Positions 58,101 through 61,100 of a stretch of DNA of 64,000 nucleotides are shown here, piece by piece. Origin of the DNA: Sphingobium sp. Its GTDB lineage: Bacteria; Pseudomonadota; Alphaproteobacteria; Sphingomonadales; Sphingomonadaceae. The notes beneath the pieces were generated by a model that was given only the letters and a program-made list of their open reading frames with translations, did not search any database and was not told the DNA's origin. How positions within the stretch are numbered: the stretch's first letter is position 1; the number at the start of each line of letters is the position of its first letter. The stretch is taken from assembly GCF_023266575.1 (NCBI RefSeq), contig NZ_JAHFPV010000001.1; one strand, given 5' to 3'. The position numbers were made by a program, and so were the translations under genes.

Positions 58101-61100
58101 CGCCCAGTTTCCCGGCGGCACCGGGGCAAAATGTGCTGATCCACGCCGTGGCCGACAGCCTGGCGGACATCACATCCCTGCGCGTTCTGCTCGACGGCCA
58201 GGAGGTGCTGCTTGATGCGAACGGGCGGGCAACGGTGGTGGCCGGTTCGCCAGGCAAATATAGCTTCACCGTCACTGCGCGCGACGCAGACGGTGGCGAA
58301 AAGACGATTACGCAAATCCTTAAAGTGCGCGACCCGCTGGACAAGAACGCGCCGAGCGTGCTGTTCGACGGAGCCATCGACGACGCTATCGTCACTTCGA
58401 CCCTGGCGATCACCGGGACCATCGACGACAGCAATCTCGACGGCTGGACGCTGCAATTGATCGACGGGCAGGGTGATGTCACCCTGCTGGGTGAAGGCGG
58501 TGCCAACCTTGCTGGTACGCTCGCGACGCTGGACGGGCGCAGCCTGGCTGACGGATTCTACCGCCTGCGGCTGACCGCCACCGACATTTCCGGCCGGACC
58601 AGCGTGGACAGCGCCACGATCGAACTGCGCACGGGCGCGGACAAGACGTCCCGCTATACCACGCAGCATGTCGATATCTCGACCGTGCTGGGCGGCGTGC
58701 CGTTCGATCTGGTCCGGGCCTATGACAGCATCACGGGCAAATGGACGTTCCTTGGTCTTGACGCTGATATAGTCACCAGCGTCGGCAGCCAGCCCAACGC
58801 AGGCGGCGCGCTGCCCGCGTTCGAGATTGGCACGCGACTGTTCCTGACCTTGCCCACCGGAGAACGGGCGGGCTTCACCTTCAACCCCGTTGAGGAGGTC
58901 ATCGGCGGGCAGACCTTCTACCGCCCCGCCTGGACGGCTGATGGCACACATGGCTGGCAGTTCAGCTCGATCGATGTCCAGCTTCGCAAGATTGGCGGCA
59001 AATTCTACGATGTGGATAGCGGCGCGGCCTATAATCCCGGTTCGCCAGTGTTCGGCGATCGTGACTATGCCTTGCGTGCGCCTGACGGCACGATCTACAT
59101 TCTCGACAGCCAGCGCGGCACGGTCGAAATTCAAAAGGCTGAAGGCAAGCTGCTGATCGGCGACAGCGGCGTCACCGCGCTGGGCGGCGATGCGCTGCGC
59201 TTCCTGCATGATGCGCGCGGCAATGTTACCCAAGTCACCGATGCAACAGGCAAGGCAAGCATCTACAGCTGGGACGAGGACAACCAGCTGACTGCATTGC
59301 GCGATCTCGTGACCGGGGCGGGCGTCCGCTACGGCTATGTCGATGGTCGGCTGGCGCTTGAAGTGCCTTCATCGGGCGCAGGCAAACGGATCGTCTATAA
59401 TGGCGACGGCACCGTGGTGACGGAGGCGATTGTCGCTGATCTGGCGACCCCGGCGACGTTCACCGGCCAGACGGTATCGGGCGATCTTGGCGCAGGCGGC
59501 GCGGAAAGTTTCGCGTTCACGCTGCGCGAAAGCGAGTTGGAGGGGCTTCCCAACACATTCGTTATCCTCAGGGTAGAGACCACGGGAACGGTAATGCCCC
59601 AGATCACAGGGCTGACCCCTCTGGCAAGCGCCCAGGCTGGCGGCAAGCTTGTGACGCTGTTCGCCCTGTCCACATCGGGACTGCACGAGTTGCGGATGTC
59701 TGGCAGTGGTGCCTATTCCTTCGAGATGCGCGCCGCGGGCGATATCAACGGCGATGCGAAGGTCGATGGGCTGGACAGTGCCGCCGTGGTCGCCGCTCTC
59801 GCCGGATCGGATGTCAGTGGCGATGGCGTGACGGACGCGATCGACAATCAGATCGTCGCTGCCAACTATGGTTTCCGGGCGAACCAGTCGCCGGTAATCG
59901 CCGCCACGATTCCGCTGGAAAAAACCCATGTCGACTTGCAGCGTTATGTCGATCTGACCAAGCTGGCGACCGACCCGGATGGCGATCGTCTCTATTTCCG
60001 TATCGTCGGTGCGACTGGTGGAGCGGCTGCCCTGGCCGCCGATGGGCGTGGCGTCCTGTTCACGCCGACCGCCGGCTATTCGGGCGCGGCGTCGATCCGC
60101 TTTTCGGCCGATGACGGCTTTGGCAGTTCGGCCGAAGGCGTCATCGACATCAACGTTTCCGATGCGGCCTTATTGTCCTTGAATTTCGCGCTGCGCCAGC
60201 CAGCCTTTGCGGCACCGGGCGAAAGTGGCGGCGTGGGCCTTGTCGGTCAGTTTGCCGATCAGGCCGATGTTTCGCTGCCCTATTCCTATGTGACGGCGAG
60301 CGTCGGCCATCCCGATATCGTCCGTTTGGGCACGGACGGGACATTATTGGCTCTGGCTCAGGGGTCGACCTATCTGAAGGTCTCACGCGGCAATATCGCG
60401 GCGGCGACGTCGCTGACGGTGGGCGAACCCGACAGCGTGCGTGAGTTGATGACGCAGATTTACGGGATCAACGCCTATCCCGACAGCGTGACCCTGCTGC
60501 CCAACGGCGGCTCACGCGCCATTATCACCAGCCTTGATCCGACGGAGGAAACCTTCGCCAACGGCGCGGCGGCAGGGACCGTCTATGTATCCGCCGACAG
60601 CGCGATCGTGACCGTCGATGAAAACGGCCTGATGCGCGGGGTCGGTGCCGGATCGACCTTTGTCACCGTGATCAACGGCTTCAGCGAGGATCGGGTGATG
60701 GTGTCCGTCACGCCGCCGGTCATTGGGGATGATGTTGCGGTCAATGGCGCTGCGGGTGCCATCGTGCAGAATGCCGATGGCGTCCAGATCGCCTTTGGGC
60801 CGGGCACGCTGAGCGGCAATGCCACGGTCACGATCGATACGCTGACGGAGGCAGAACTGCCCATCGTCATGCCCGCGACCGATGCGTTCCACTTCCTGAG
60901 CGCATTCGACCTTCAGGTCGATGGCGCGGAATTCAACGATACGGTCCAGATCGCGGTGCCGGTAACGGGCAATCCGGGGGATCAGGTCTGGTTCTTTGCC
61001 AGCGTCGATTTGCCGCTTGGACCGAATGGTGAGACTATTCCGGTCTGGACGGTCATCGATTCCGGGGTGATCGATGCCGACGGCATGGCACGAGCCAAGT

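Noticed and set aside
55763-59233. 1156-aa minus-strand ORF
   Set aside because: Same reasoning: it is antisense to the cadherin-like repeat tract of the giant + strand gene, and its composition is shadow-like (RGRAADH...).
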